64,000 nucleotides of DNA from Haliotis rufescens (taxonomy: Eukaryota): assembly GCF_023055435.1 (NCBI RefSeq), contig NW_025963802.1:35030001-35094000 (forward strand). Direction: 5' to 3'. Each line of letters begins with the position of its first letter. The stretch's first letter is position 1. The notes under the pieces were generated by a model. The model was not told the origin of the DNA, did not search any database, and was given only the letters and a program-made list of their open reading frames with translations. Made by a program: the position numbers and the translations under genes. Of the stretch, positions 51,804 through 64,000 are shown in pieces.

Positions 51804-52908
51804 TATATAGTATAAAGTTACATTAAAAACCAAATTAATCAATTTTATCATGTACACTAATATGACATGAAGGAGTGTTTTATTTGTACAAATATACATT
51901 ATACACATACATGTATTTACACAATCAACAAGCTACAACAGTTAAATGAACCCTTTGTTCTCTGTACGGAGCTTTGGTTAGGAACAAATCAAAGCGAAAG
52001 AGCCGGAAGTTGTACCCTGGGCGTGTCTGGGAGCTTGAAATCACGATTGTCTGAGATTTGTTGATTCGGCTAATGCACGGTTGAATTAAGTAGGATTTCT
52101 GTGCTACGTCTAATGTTATACAGGGGCAGATGCTCCTTCCAAGTCTTATCTATCTCACTGACTTAGCGGCTGTATATAGACGCTATGCTGACATAGGGCG
52201 TGATGGGTGCCACTGGGCTAACATTTAGTCCCAGGAATATAGTTATCTTATTTCAACATATAGATCTTCAAAATAATAGATTAAATCCAAATGGAGCCCA
52301 GAACAATGTTTCATTTCCTGTAGCTGAGGCAATCTAGACTTGCCAAATTATCCTAGACCTGATTTGGATTGCCGTTTTATTATATTCTCAAGGGTCAGGG
52401 AGACAGGCTAGGGTGCCACCGATGGCGCTTTACGCTCACACCTTTCCGCGAACACCTGGTGTCCGGGTTTCCTAAAAAATGAAAGTCCGACAACTGGTAG
52501 TCTAGATCACGTTTTTTGTGTACCCCTCTGACAAGTGTATATTGGCACGGCTTCCATGGCCGAAAGCTTTGAATACACAAAGTCATTTGGAATGTGGTCA
52601 AATGTTACGAATGTTATATTTAGGATAACACTTTCTTAGTAAAGTACAGCCAATTTACGCTACTCCGAGGGGTACACAAAGTACATGATCTAGACTACCA
52701 GTTGTCGGACCCCTCGGTGGTTGAGTGGGCAAGACCGCTGACTTTGTGTGCTGGCGATTAGGTGCCTCACTCTGAGAATGTGCGTCCAAAAAGGTACTAG
52801 AATCTGTACGAAGAAAGTGTTATCCAAAACATAACATTTGTTACATTTAACCACTTTCTAAATGGCATTGTGTATTCATGCCTCCTGCTCCTTCACCGGA
52901 AGAGTACT

Positions 52909-53176
52909 GTTTGTTTGTTTGTTTGTTTGTTTGTTTGTTTAACGTCGCCCTCAGCAATATTCCAGCTATATGACGGCGGTCTGTAAATAATCGAGTTTGG
53001 ACCAGACAATCCAGTGATTGATATTATGAGCATCGATCCACGCAATTGAGATACGATGACATGCATCACCACCAGACCACCCGATCCCGTTAGTTGCCTC
53101 TTATGACAAGCATAGTCGCCTTTTACGGCAAGCAGGAGTTGCTGAAGACCTATTCTAACCTGGATCTTCACGGGTC
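52909..53176 (-). mobile_element. Non-tRNA SINE family D, full length, (CAAA)n tail
   Basis: Starts GACCCGTGAAGATCC; matches 42382-42653. Confidence 0.88.
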
Positions 53177-54074
53177 GGGTGAATACTGATTATATACATG
53201 ATATGTTTACATGACACATGATGGGATCAATGTACAAAGTTATTTGCAATATTTGATTGACATCTTGCGTAACATGTTTTCTGGGATTTTTCTATTTTCA
53301 ACAAAGACGATCGGTTGGCGACAAAGAACATAGCAACTGGCGGCCAGATGATATCACAGAGAACGGCCAGAAGGTGCTGCTATGCTGAGTGGGAAGAGAT
53401 ATAATTGGCTTCTTATTGATACCCTTTCTAAGGTCTGTGTGATCAACGCTGATTTCAGAAAATCAAACTTACTGACGTCACAGCATCTAATGAAGAGAAT
53501 CAAATTCTTAACAGCTTGTTTCACAGGTTGAAATGACACCACGAACGTCGGCCTGCGAGATTGAAATTTACAAGGTCGGGTGGACATTCAGCAACTCCCC
53601 CACCACTTACCCCCCTTTGATTGGCAGTGTATTGGAGATAATGTCAAACAATTTTATGAATACTTCCTTTGCGAGCATATAGTCTTTGGTATTTTTTTCT
53701 TTACGACTTTGAGTAATACCTTCAACCACGTTGATGTTCGGTTTACTGAACTGAGTTTAACTTTATCGCATGTTGGATGTGAGATGTCTTACTGGTCTTC
53801 ATCAATGAATGAGCTGTTTGGGGTTCCTGATATATTACTGTGTTACCTCAATGTGGAAAAATATTTTCTATAAGATTTTATTAAAGGGATGACACTACAG
53901 ATATATTGAGATATCGTTTACATATTTCCTATATTTCGACATTGTAATGCTCTTTATCTATAATCCAACATTGAAGAACTTGCTTTTTTTTTTAAACTAA
54001 CACAAATATGTCTACTGTCTTACATTTAAGCTTAACTTTATTTAAAGACATTGTTATACTTTGTTCAATATGAT

Positions 54075-54419
54075 TGAGTAAGTATGGTTTTATACTGCTT
54101 TTAGCAATATTCCAGCAATGTCACGGCAGGAGGGGGTGGGGACACCAGAAATGGGCTTAACACAAACGGAAAGGAAAATTATATCTGGCGTTAACGCCAT
54201 GGCATCTTTTGCATCTCTGGCATCCACCAAGTGAGTGAGTGAGTTGTGTTTAACGCCGCTTCGGGGGAGCATAGTAGCCTAGTGGTTAAAGCATTCTTTC
54301 TTCACGCCGAAGACCCGGGTTCGATTCCCAACATGGGTACAATGTGTGAAGCGCATTTCTGGTGTTTCCCGCTGTGATATTTCTCAAGAAGCGGCGTAAA
54401 ACCATACTCACTCGCTCAC
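54075..54419. mobile_element. Cluster of SINE A fragments in opposite orientations
   Basis: Minus-strand tail at about 54075-54160; plus copy at about 54265-54419. Confidence 0.8.
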
Positions 54420-55524
54420 TCCAATCTGGGGATGGAACCTGGCCATTAGATGGATGAACAATGCATGAACGAACTGCAACTTCACACCGTTCTGCTCCGT
54501 ACTCAAGACACACTAAACTCCGAGACAAAAACATTGCATTTCCAATACACGTCTAAAGTTCATGACATAGAAACAAGCGCTGTGACTACACTGTAGTATT
54601 TAATGTACCAAAATCGATTATTTTAATCGAAATCCAAATGTTAACACGCACCGTACGCTTAAACAAAGAGTCTGGACAATGGGACGTTCGATTGTGCTGA
54701 TTTGCGTTAAAACGATATCCCCATAAGGGAAAGACAGAAATATCATGGCTTGTTAGCTTACCCGTTGAACAAACATCAAGCATTCTATGGATACAAATAT
54801 TTTTGAAAAGGCAGCCTCGATCTGATCCGAGGAGGAGATACACGCATCTATGCAATCAATTTGATTGTGGACCAGAAATAATTTCCAAACCACATGATCT
54901 CGAAAGTAAATAGGTCGTCATTATGTCAGCTGAATTATATGGAACATACCTTCGATGTCTGTGGATGTTGAAAGATAATATGCTGAGCAAATATTTGCCG
55001 GTGATTGAATAATACTCGTAGTTGACTGTTTCTGGTACACGATGCTGTTGCCAACGTCACGGTTGCAGACGAGACTTGGCGTGTGGGACAGTGAGGTGAG
55101 AAACTCAGATATATTACAACAAAATTAAATACCATCTAAACTTTAAGGCGCCTTAACAGATTTAGTATGGTAAAATGAAATAATCTGGTGGTCCATAACA
55201 TTTTTGGTAATTAATGTTTCACTGATGTTCCATCGCCATACTAACAGCAACATCTTGGTTTGTCTGTCTCTCCATCCCGCGTGGAATAAGTTTGGGGGTA
55301 TGCATAAAATATGTTTTCAAATAGCTCCGTGTTAAACAACTCGTAACTCTTAATCGACAAAATCTCACGATTGAAGTTACTTATTTAATTCTTAGTTATG
55401 ATTGTTGTGTACTTTTACCTGTTGTATATCATTATGACTTTGCATAAACAACTTTTGGGGGTAAGGCAGTGGTAAGCGCTTTTGCGCACCGCGTCCGAAA
55501 TCCCACATGGGTACAATATTTTAT

Positions 55525-55703
55525 CCTAACGGAATCAGGTGGTCAGGCTTGCTGACTTGGTTGATGCATAATATCGATCCCAATCCCATGGATCGATGCT
55601 CATGTTGTCAATCACTGGATTGTCTGGTCCAGACTCGATTATTTACAGACCGCCGTCATATAGATGGAATATTGCTGAGTGCGGCGTTAAACAACAAACA
55701 AAC
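55525..55703 (+). mobile_element. 5'-truncated SINE family D
   Basis: ggtggtcaggc...gtctggtccagactcgattatttacagaccgcc...gcggcgttaaacaac. Confidence 0.8.
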
Positions 55704-55957
55704 AATATTTTATCCCCACATGGGAACAATATTTTAAGGTGGTACCTGGTGATTGTTTGGATGTTTCAGAAGGCAGTGAAACCAAACGCTATCATTTCTG
55801 TGTAAATCCGAGACTTTTCCGTTCCCCAGATTCCTAGTGGTGTTGATAAGGACTAGTGGATACATAAGGATATAGAGGCCACAATGGCGTACTGTCAACC
55901 ACTGGAAGGATCAGATTAAAATACCAACAGTCCAGCGAGCACGCAAGAGAGGCATTG

Positions 55958-56013
55958 AAGAAGAAGAAGACGACGAAGAAGAAGACGAAGAAGAAGAAGA
56001 AAGAAAGAAAGAA
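55958..56013. repeat. (GAA)n/(GAAA)n microsatellite
   Basis: Direct inspection. Confidence 0.9.
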
Positions 56014-56834
56014 GGTAGCGCTTCCTGGGAGAAGTCCCATTCGCTGCCTGGGCTGCGTGTAGAGGGTGCAAGAGCCCTGAGTTGATGATGAGCCTAACCA
56101 GCCTGACCGTGCCAGGATCACCCAAACTCTCTTTTCTGCATATATGTATTTTTATTTGTTTATTATAATCATATATTTATCTTTAATATTTCATAATAAG
56201 ATGTAAAGATGATATCTATATCAAAAACCATGTTGGGAAGCTAATGCAATAAACATTGACGATGAAGGGAAATGGCGTCACAACCATTGTGACGCAATTT
56301 CTCATTTCACGCCAACAATGACGATTGTATTACCTCAACAATAGTGTGAAATTATTATCACGTGTTTCGTATGAATATTTATGAGCTCGCTCATATTGAA
56401 TCTTATGCATAATAACCAAACAAACAAAATATATCAAACACAGTTCAATCGGAACAGCTTTTCATTCGCACCATCACGACATTTTGATGCCTCTGAAAAT
56501 CCCCCTGTGCTTGCATAAACAAATGTCAGGAGAATTAAAAGGAAATACTATTTCCGCACCTTTGCCAATGTCACAAATTCCCTTATTTGACCGACTCTGT
56601 TTTACATTTGTTGATTCTGGATATGTATTGTGACGTCATCGTCGTCAATAAGGAAAAAAGCTTGAAAACAAAGCACCATAACGCTGTCTAACCAATATCG
56701 CCCACGCACAATTACCAGACACAGGAACACTGGATAAAATGTAACGACGAAATAAACACTCAAGCCTCATCATGTAGGTCCGCAGAGAATCAATGTGATA
56801 AATGATTTCATTTTGCCAGACTATATTACTCGCA

Positions 56835-59800
56835 ATGACTAATGCACATGTCTCTATCATCACGTCATTTGCATTATACGTCATACAGGTGTGTCTTGAC
56901 TAATGTGCATGTCTCTATCATCACGTCATTTGCATTATACAGGTGTGTCTTGACTAATGCACATGTCTCTATCATCACGTCATTTATATTATACGTCATA
57001 CAGGTGTGTCTTGACTAATGTGCATGTCTCTATCATCACGTCATTTGCATTATACAGGTGTGTCTTGACTAATGCACATGTCTCTATCATCACGTCATTT
57101 GTATTATACGTCATACAGGTGTGTCTTGACTAATGTACATGTCTCTATCATCACGTCATTTGTATTATACAGGTGTGTCTTGACTAATATGCATGTCTCT
57201 ATCATCACGTCATTTGTATTATACGTCATACAGGTGTGTTTTGACTAATATGCACGTCTCTATCATCACATCATTTGCATTATACGTCATACAGGTGTGT
57301 CTTGACTGATGTACATGACTATATCATCACGTCATTTATATTATACAGGTGTGTCTTGACTAATGTACATGTCTCTATCATCACGTCATTTATATTATAC
57401 AGGTGTGTCTTGACTAATGCACATGTCTCTATCATCACGTCATTTGCATTATACGTCATACAGGTGTGTCTTGACTAATGTACATGTCTCTATCATCACG
57501 TCATTTGCATTATACGTCATGCAGGTGTGTCTTGACTAATGTACATGTCTCTATCATCACGTCATTTGTATTATACGTCATGCAGGTGTGTCTTGACTAA
57601 TGTACATGTCTCTATCATCACGTCATTTCCTTTATACAGGTGTGTCTTGACTAATCCACATGTCTCTATCATCACGTCATTTGCATTATACGTCATACAG
57701 GTGTGTCTTGACTAATGCACATGTCTCTATCATCACGTCATTTGTATTATACAGGTGTGTCTTGACTAATGCACATGTCTCTATCATCACGTCAATTGCA
57801 TTATACGTCATACAGGTGTGTCTTGACTAATGTGCATGTCTCTATCATCACGTCATTTGCATTATACAGGTGTGTCTTGACTAATGCACATGTCTCTATC
57901 ATCACGTCATTTGCATTATACGTCATACAGGTGTGTCTTGACTAATGTACATGTCTCTATCATCACGTCATTTGTATTATACAGGTGTGTCTTGACTGAT
58001 GTACATGTCTCTATCATCACGTCTTTTGCATTATACGTCATACAGGTGTGTCTTGACTGATGTACACGTCTCTATCATCACGGCATTTGTATTATACGTC
58101 ATACAGATGTGTCTTGACTAATGTACATGTCTCTATCATCACGTCATTTGTATAATACAGGTGTGTCTTGACTAATGTACATGTCTCTATCATCACGTCA
58201 TTTATATTATACAGGTGTGTCTTGACTAATGTACATGTCTCTATCATCACGTCATTTGCATTATACGTCATACAGGTGTGTCTTGACTAATGTACGTGTC
58301 TCTATCATCACGTCATTTATATTATACAGGTGTGTCTTGACTAAAGCATATGTCTCTATCATCACGTCATTTGCATTATACGTCATACAGGTGTGTCTTG
58401 ACTAATGTACATGTCTCTATCATCACGTCATTTGCATTATACGTCATGCAGGTGTGTCTTGACAAATGTACATGTCTCTATCATCACGTCATTTGTATTA
58501 TACAGGTGTGTCTTGACTAATGTACATGTCTCTATCATCACGTCATTTGCATTATACGTCATGCAGGTGTGTCTTGACTAATGTACATGGCTCTATCATC
58601 ACGTCATTTGCATTATACGTCATGCAGGTGTGTCTTGACTAATGTACATGTCTCTATCATCACGTCATTTGTATTATACAGGTGTGTCTTGACTAATGCA
58701 CATGTCTCTATCATCACGTCATTTGCATTATACGTCATACAGGTGTGTCTTGACTAATGCACATGTCTCTATCACCACGTCATTTGTATTATACCGGTGT
58801 GTCTTGACTAATGTGCATGTCTCTATCATCACGTCATTTGTATTATACAGGTGTGTCTTGACTAATGTACATGTCTCTATCATCACGTCATTTGTATTAT
58901 ACGTCATACAGGTGTGTCTTGACTAATGTACATGTCTCTATCATCACGTCATTTGTATTATACAGGTGTGTCTTGACTAATGTGCATGTCTCTATCATCA
59001 CGTCATTTATATTATACAGGTGTACATGTGTCTTGACTAATGCACATGTCTCTATCATCACGTCATTTGTATTATACAGGTGTGTCTTGACTAATGCACA
59101 TGTCTCTATCATCACGTCATTTGTATTATACGTCATACAGGTGTGTCTTGACTAATGTACATGTCTCTATCATCACGTCATTTGTATTATACAGGTGTGT
59201 CTTGACTAATGTGCATGTCTCTATCATCACGTCTTTTGCATTATACGTCATACAGGTGTGTCTTGACTGATGTACATGTCTCTATCATCACGTCATTTGT
59301 ATTATACAGGTGTGTCTTGACTAATGTACATGTCTCTATCATCACGTCATTTGTATTATACAGGTGTGTCTTGACTAATGTGCATGTCTCTATCATCACG
59401 TCTTTTGCATTATACGTCATACAGGTGTGTCTTGAATGATGTACATGTCTCTATCATCACGTCATTTGTATTATACGTCAAGCAGGTGTGTTTTGACTAA
59501 TGTACATGTCTCTATCATCACGTCATTTGTATTATACAGGTGTGTCTTGACTAATGTGCATGTCTCTATCATCACGTCATTTGCATTATACGTCATACAG
59601 GTGTGTCTTTACTAATGCACATGTCTCTATCATCACGTCATTTGCATTATACGTCATACAGGTGTGTCTTGACTTATGTGCATGTCTCTATCATCACGTC
59701 AATTGCATTATACGTCATACAGGTGTGTCTTGACTTATGTGCATGTCTCTATCATCACGTCATTTGCATTATACGTCATACAGGTGTGTCTTGACTAATG

Positions 59801-60108
59801 TTCATGATTGTCTATATCGTCACGTCATTTGTATTATACAGGTGTGTCTTGACTAATGTACATGTCTCTATTATCACGTCATTTGCATTATACGTCAAAC
59901 AGGTGTGTTTTGACTGATGTTCATGATTGTCTATATCGTCACGTCATTTGTATTATACAGGTGTGTCTTGACTAATATGCACGTCTCTATCATCACGTCA
60001 TTTGCATTATACGTCAAGCAGGTGTGTCTTGACTAATGTACATGTCTATATCATCACGTCATTTGCATTATACGTCAAGCAGGTGTGTCTTGACTAATGT
60101 ACATGTCT
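56835..60108. repeat. 3.3-kb minisatellite of mixed 44- and 51-bp units (roughly 65-70 copies)
   Basis: tgactaatgtacatgtctctatcatcacgtcatttgtattatac[gtcatac]aggtgtgtct. Confidence 0.97.
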
Positions 60109-60674
60109 GTGGCTGCTTCTACTAGACCAGACTGATGCCGATTTATAGTGCAAGCCCACTGAGATGCCGCAGTTTGACTACCCCACTCAGACACAGTATA
60201 CTCCGAACCGACCAGTCCTTGTTTTAACCCCTTATTGCCTGGCGCCAGACAGGGTAACAACAAGTACCATCTTTTAACGTCTTTTGGTATGACCCTGGCA
60301 CGGTGTGATACAACTAGAATATTGTCAAGGCATCATTAAACTCCAGCTCACTCACTCACACACTCATCTACCTCCTTAACAGGTGTGGTGAGGTGAAATT
60401 GGGCTTAACGTCGCGTCCAAGATTATTGCACTTATATAGCGACGTGCATGCACGTGTTTGTGTGTGTGGCTGCTTGTACTAGTCCGGACTAATGCCGATT
60501 TATAGTGCTAGCTCACTGAGATACCATGCCGCAGTTTAACATGAATACCCCACTCAGACACCAATCCTTGTTTTAGCCCCTTAATGCCGAGCGCCAGACA
60601 GGGTAACAACAAGTACCATCTTTTAACGTCTTTTGGTATGGCGCGGCCGATCTACCACTAGACCACGGAGGCGG
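60107..60674 (-). mobile_element. Two SINE family C copies (about 60107-60295 and 60385-60674)
   Basis: Reverse complements of 22575-22890. Confidence 0.85.
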
Positions 60675-61436
60675 TCTCACCTCTGTAACAGTGTTGGAGC
60701 AGAGTCGTATACTTGCATTGGGAACAATGGCGCTCAAATGACGTCAGTAATGACGCCCACAATCATGATAACACCAAAACTCATTTTTTATTCCCTTTCA
60801 TATCATAACAATTCATTACCACGGAAGCAAATATATCCGGTTTGTATAATCATCTGAACATATCTGGATCGCGTGTCTCACAGCCGAGATTGCTGTTCAT
60901 CGTCGTGACGTGAGTGGGCTGAAGACGCGTTACATAATGTTGAGACTACGTAAACACTGAAATAATGACGTGGGGGAAATACCAGCACGAGCTCGAGGCA
61001 CGATATAGTCCGTATTTCCCAGGGCCGATATGCCACTCCTGGAACCACTGTTGGATTCTGGAAGTTGGTCCATTGTGACGTCATCTTTTGGACGTTACAA
61101 TGGCGGAAGGTCAAAACGAGGAAACATTGGGACAAGTAGACACCGGAGAGAGTAACATCACGAGACACTGGGGAGATCCCCAGAGATCCCCAGAGATTGT
61201 ATTGGATTTAGTTTTACAACGGAAAAGAACACCTTTTAAATATACATTCAATAACAAGGTTTTAAATTATAAATAATAATAGATAAATCTCCCCCCACCA
61301 GTCCATCGGGTCAACATGAACTACACAAACCACAGTAGGTCGGAATATATCTGTTTTTATTACGCTTCACTGATTCCTTATTTTCTTTTTTCGAAGGGGT
61401 GGGATTTTGTTCCCAGTTGATGAGACAGCAGACGGT

Positions 61437-61504
<68 letters not shown>
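61437..61504. repeat. (GATA)n microsatellite
   Basis: Direct inspection. Confidence 0.97.
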
Positions 61505-62205
61505 CCGTTACGCCAGTTTGACGTTTCGGTGTACTCTAACTTTATGACAACATTGTACATATAACGAGGGGGTAACACACCCTCTAGATCCACGTATGCA
61601 AACCACATACAGATGGTTTTCTATCAGTGTGCCACGTGCATCTCAGCGTGGGAATTGTGATGAAGCCAGACACGCCATCTGACCCCGCCTCAATGTAGGT
61701 CATGTCTTGATGTACCGTTATGCAATGACACTTGATCAGACATAATATAATTAGCATTAACGCCACGCGGGAGAAGGCCCCTCCGTGCCCGACCCGGCGG
61801 GGGTGGGGAGACTAAAGCTCACTATAGTGCAAGACAATCTAGATAACGATGTCTCCTAATTTCGTTTGTCCCATGTGAGTTCGGACACGCGATCCTTCGT
61901 GCGGAGATGTGCTTGTCTTCTTCCGTAAAACCTGTTGACTTTTTGCCATTTTATTTGCCTAATGTATCTAATGCGAGACACGTGCAAAAAGGAGTACTAA
62001 CATCATGACAGGACATGTAAATTGGATTGGACTCGTGTAGTCTCACTTTTTCCAAGTTCGTTTGAATGTGAAAACAGCTTTTTTCAATGTCTAGAACTCT
62101 TTTGTGCTTTATTCCTGTTAGTTAACATGTGGGTCACAGGGTAGAATGTCTGTCCACTAAGTACCACTGCAGTAGAGTCAGGAACACATTCCCTCTACTA
62201 TATGT

Positions 62206-62480
62206 GGGGGCACGGGAGGGGGGGGCAAGTCGTCTAAGGCGCAGCGATTTTCGCTGTGCAGAGTTGCGTCCCTTGGGCACGCCAGAAACCTATGAGTGTG
62301 GGTTCGAATTCCGGTTCGCCCCGATTATGTTTGTCAGCACCATACCCGTGCTCGTGGGTTTCACCAAAGTGGTAAACGTCTGGGACCTGCATCACCTTGG
62401 GCTTTCCTCCCACATTAAGCTGACACGCCGCGATTTAACAGGAATACTGTTAAAAGCGGCGTTAAACTTACTCACTCACT
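62206..62480 (+). mobile_element. SINE family B
   Basis: Matches 39934-40211. Confidence 0.87.
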
Positions 62481-63159
62481 CCACTATATTTTCGCATAAT
62501 ACCAACAACGATATGTGCATAAGCAAAATGAAAGGCCTGTGAACGACTAAGTGAATAAAGAGTCCTCGCTCTGGCTCGGAAATACCGGAAATTAGACACT
62601 CGTGTCGTAAACATAGTATGACGTGAACACGAATATAATGTTCTAGTTATTACAGATGAGGATGTCCACATACAGAGACGAATTTTTTAATGTTTACCTA
62701 TAAGGACAGCAAGTCGCAACAGCAGCTGAACCACAATTTGTCGAATAACGTCAACAATCTTCACCTATGACGTCTTTCTAGTGTGACGTCATTCCGACGT
62801 CATGTCACAATAAGATTCGAATGACGTCAACAATGCCGTCCGGATGACGGAAACAATACACTGTTGTCTCGTGACGTGATATGACCCCAGGGCACATACG
62901 ATTTTTATGAACACCGATATGTTTGCCCTCGTAGGTCATAAATGGCGCAATGTCGTTCAATAAGCCAAGGGATGTTGAGAGCTTTCAATATTTTTCGTGA
63001 AACGTGTTCCGAGAGTACATAAGCACGCGTTTTGGTATTACACAATGTGTAATACAGCTGTATGTTTATTAAACGGGTGATCTCTTCACGGGCAAGTAAT
63101 AAATGGCGTTACTATATACTATGACTAAATTAGTTCCCCGTTGTGCTTAATATGGCACT

Positions 63160-63702
63160 ACCGCCTCCGTGGTCTAGTGGTAGAGTGTCCTACCGGAGAG
63201 CGGAAGGTTCAGGGTTCGATCCCCCCCGCGCCATACCAAAAGACGTTAAAGGATGGTAATTGTTGTCTGGCGCTCGACATTAAGGAGCTAAAACAAGGAC
63301 TGGTCGGCTCGGAGTCAGTATACTGTGTCTGAGTGGGGTATTCATGTTAAACTGCGGCATGGTATTTCAGTGTGCTAGAGCTACAAATAGGCATCAGTCC
63401 GGACTAGTACAAGCAGCCACACACGCACACACGTGCATACACGTTGCTATATAAGTGCAATAATCTTGGGGGGCCAAGTCGTCCTTTGGACACACCAGAA
63501 ACCTATGGTTGTGGGTTCGAATCCCGGTTCGCCCCGATTATGTCTCTAAGTTTGTCAGACCAATACCCGTGCACGAGGGTTTAACCGAAGGGGTAAACGT
63601 CTAAGACCTGCATCTCTCCGTTCTTTCCTCCCACATTAAGCTGACACGCCATGATATGAATGGAATACTGTTAAAAGCGGCATTAAACACAACTCACTCA
63701 CT
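63160..63702 (+). mobile_element. SINE C (63160-63468) fused to a head-deleted SINE B (63469-63702)
   Basis: C sequence stops at aataatcttgg and runs directly into gggccaagtcgtc...accagaaacctatg of B. Confidence 0.82.
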
Positions 63703-64000
63703 CTATTATGCTATGAACATTATTATTGTGTTCTTAAGACATGACAGCGTTAGGAGACAAGCACGTGTAAACTGTAACAGTAAAATTCCATTGTCTCCAA
63801 ATTTCATAATTTATTGTTTACGACACAAAATACTTATCAATACCTATCTAATAGTCCACACTACTTAAATTAGCTCAAATTGAAATCATTAGTCATATAA
63901 CAGCGGCTCAATACGAACACTGGAATAGTTTTGCCTTCCTGACAGGGCTCACCCCTTGAATTATTAATTTGCGACTGTTAATACTTTCAATCTGAAGAGA

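Noticed and set aside
53340-53880. Possible decayed LINE ORF1 on the minus strand (NINVVEGITQSRKEKN...)
   Set aside because: Resemblance is weak, with stops and frameshifts; cannot be supported without a profile search.
56200-62960. Palindromic TGACGTCA-rich patches (about 56260-56320 and 62690-62960) as CRE enhancers or Crypton-like elements
   Set aside because: Boundaries and family could not be established from the sequence alone.

Overview
Eukaryotic (animal) genomic DNA, AT-rich and repeat-dense, with six N gaps. The repeat content looks molluscan, probably a gastropod such as abalone (inference). The only clear host gene is a vesicular monoamine transporter (VMAT, SLC18A1/A2-type) on the minus strand. 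Nine phase-consistent GT-AG coding exons were reconstructed from 15335 down to 1670 (1157 nt, about 385 codons); the 3' exons lie off the left edge. The rest is intronic or upstream sequence: three tRNA-headed SINE families, one SINE with no tRNA head, Penelope-like (Naiad/Chlamys-type) RT remnants and their 3' ends, an internally deleted FLYWCH-MULE transposon (44.4-46.4 kb), several MITEs and about a dozen mini- and microsatellites. Most notable: (i) a 43-bp minisatellite built from the VMAT 59-nt exon end plus its 5' splice site, which places about 20 tandem decoy donors directly behind the real one, all unproductive if used; (ii) a SINE with no Pol III head whose full copies all start at the same base in a pseudoknotted module with an HDV-like 3' half; (iii) a 20-bp array with three levels of periodicity (20, 120/140, 400 bp).
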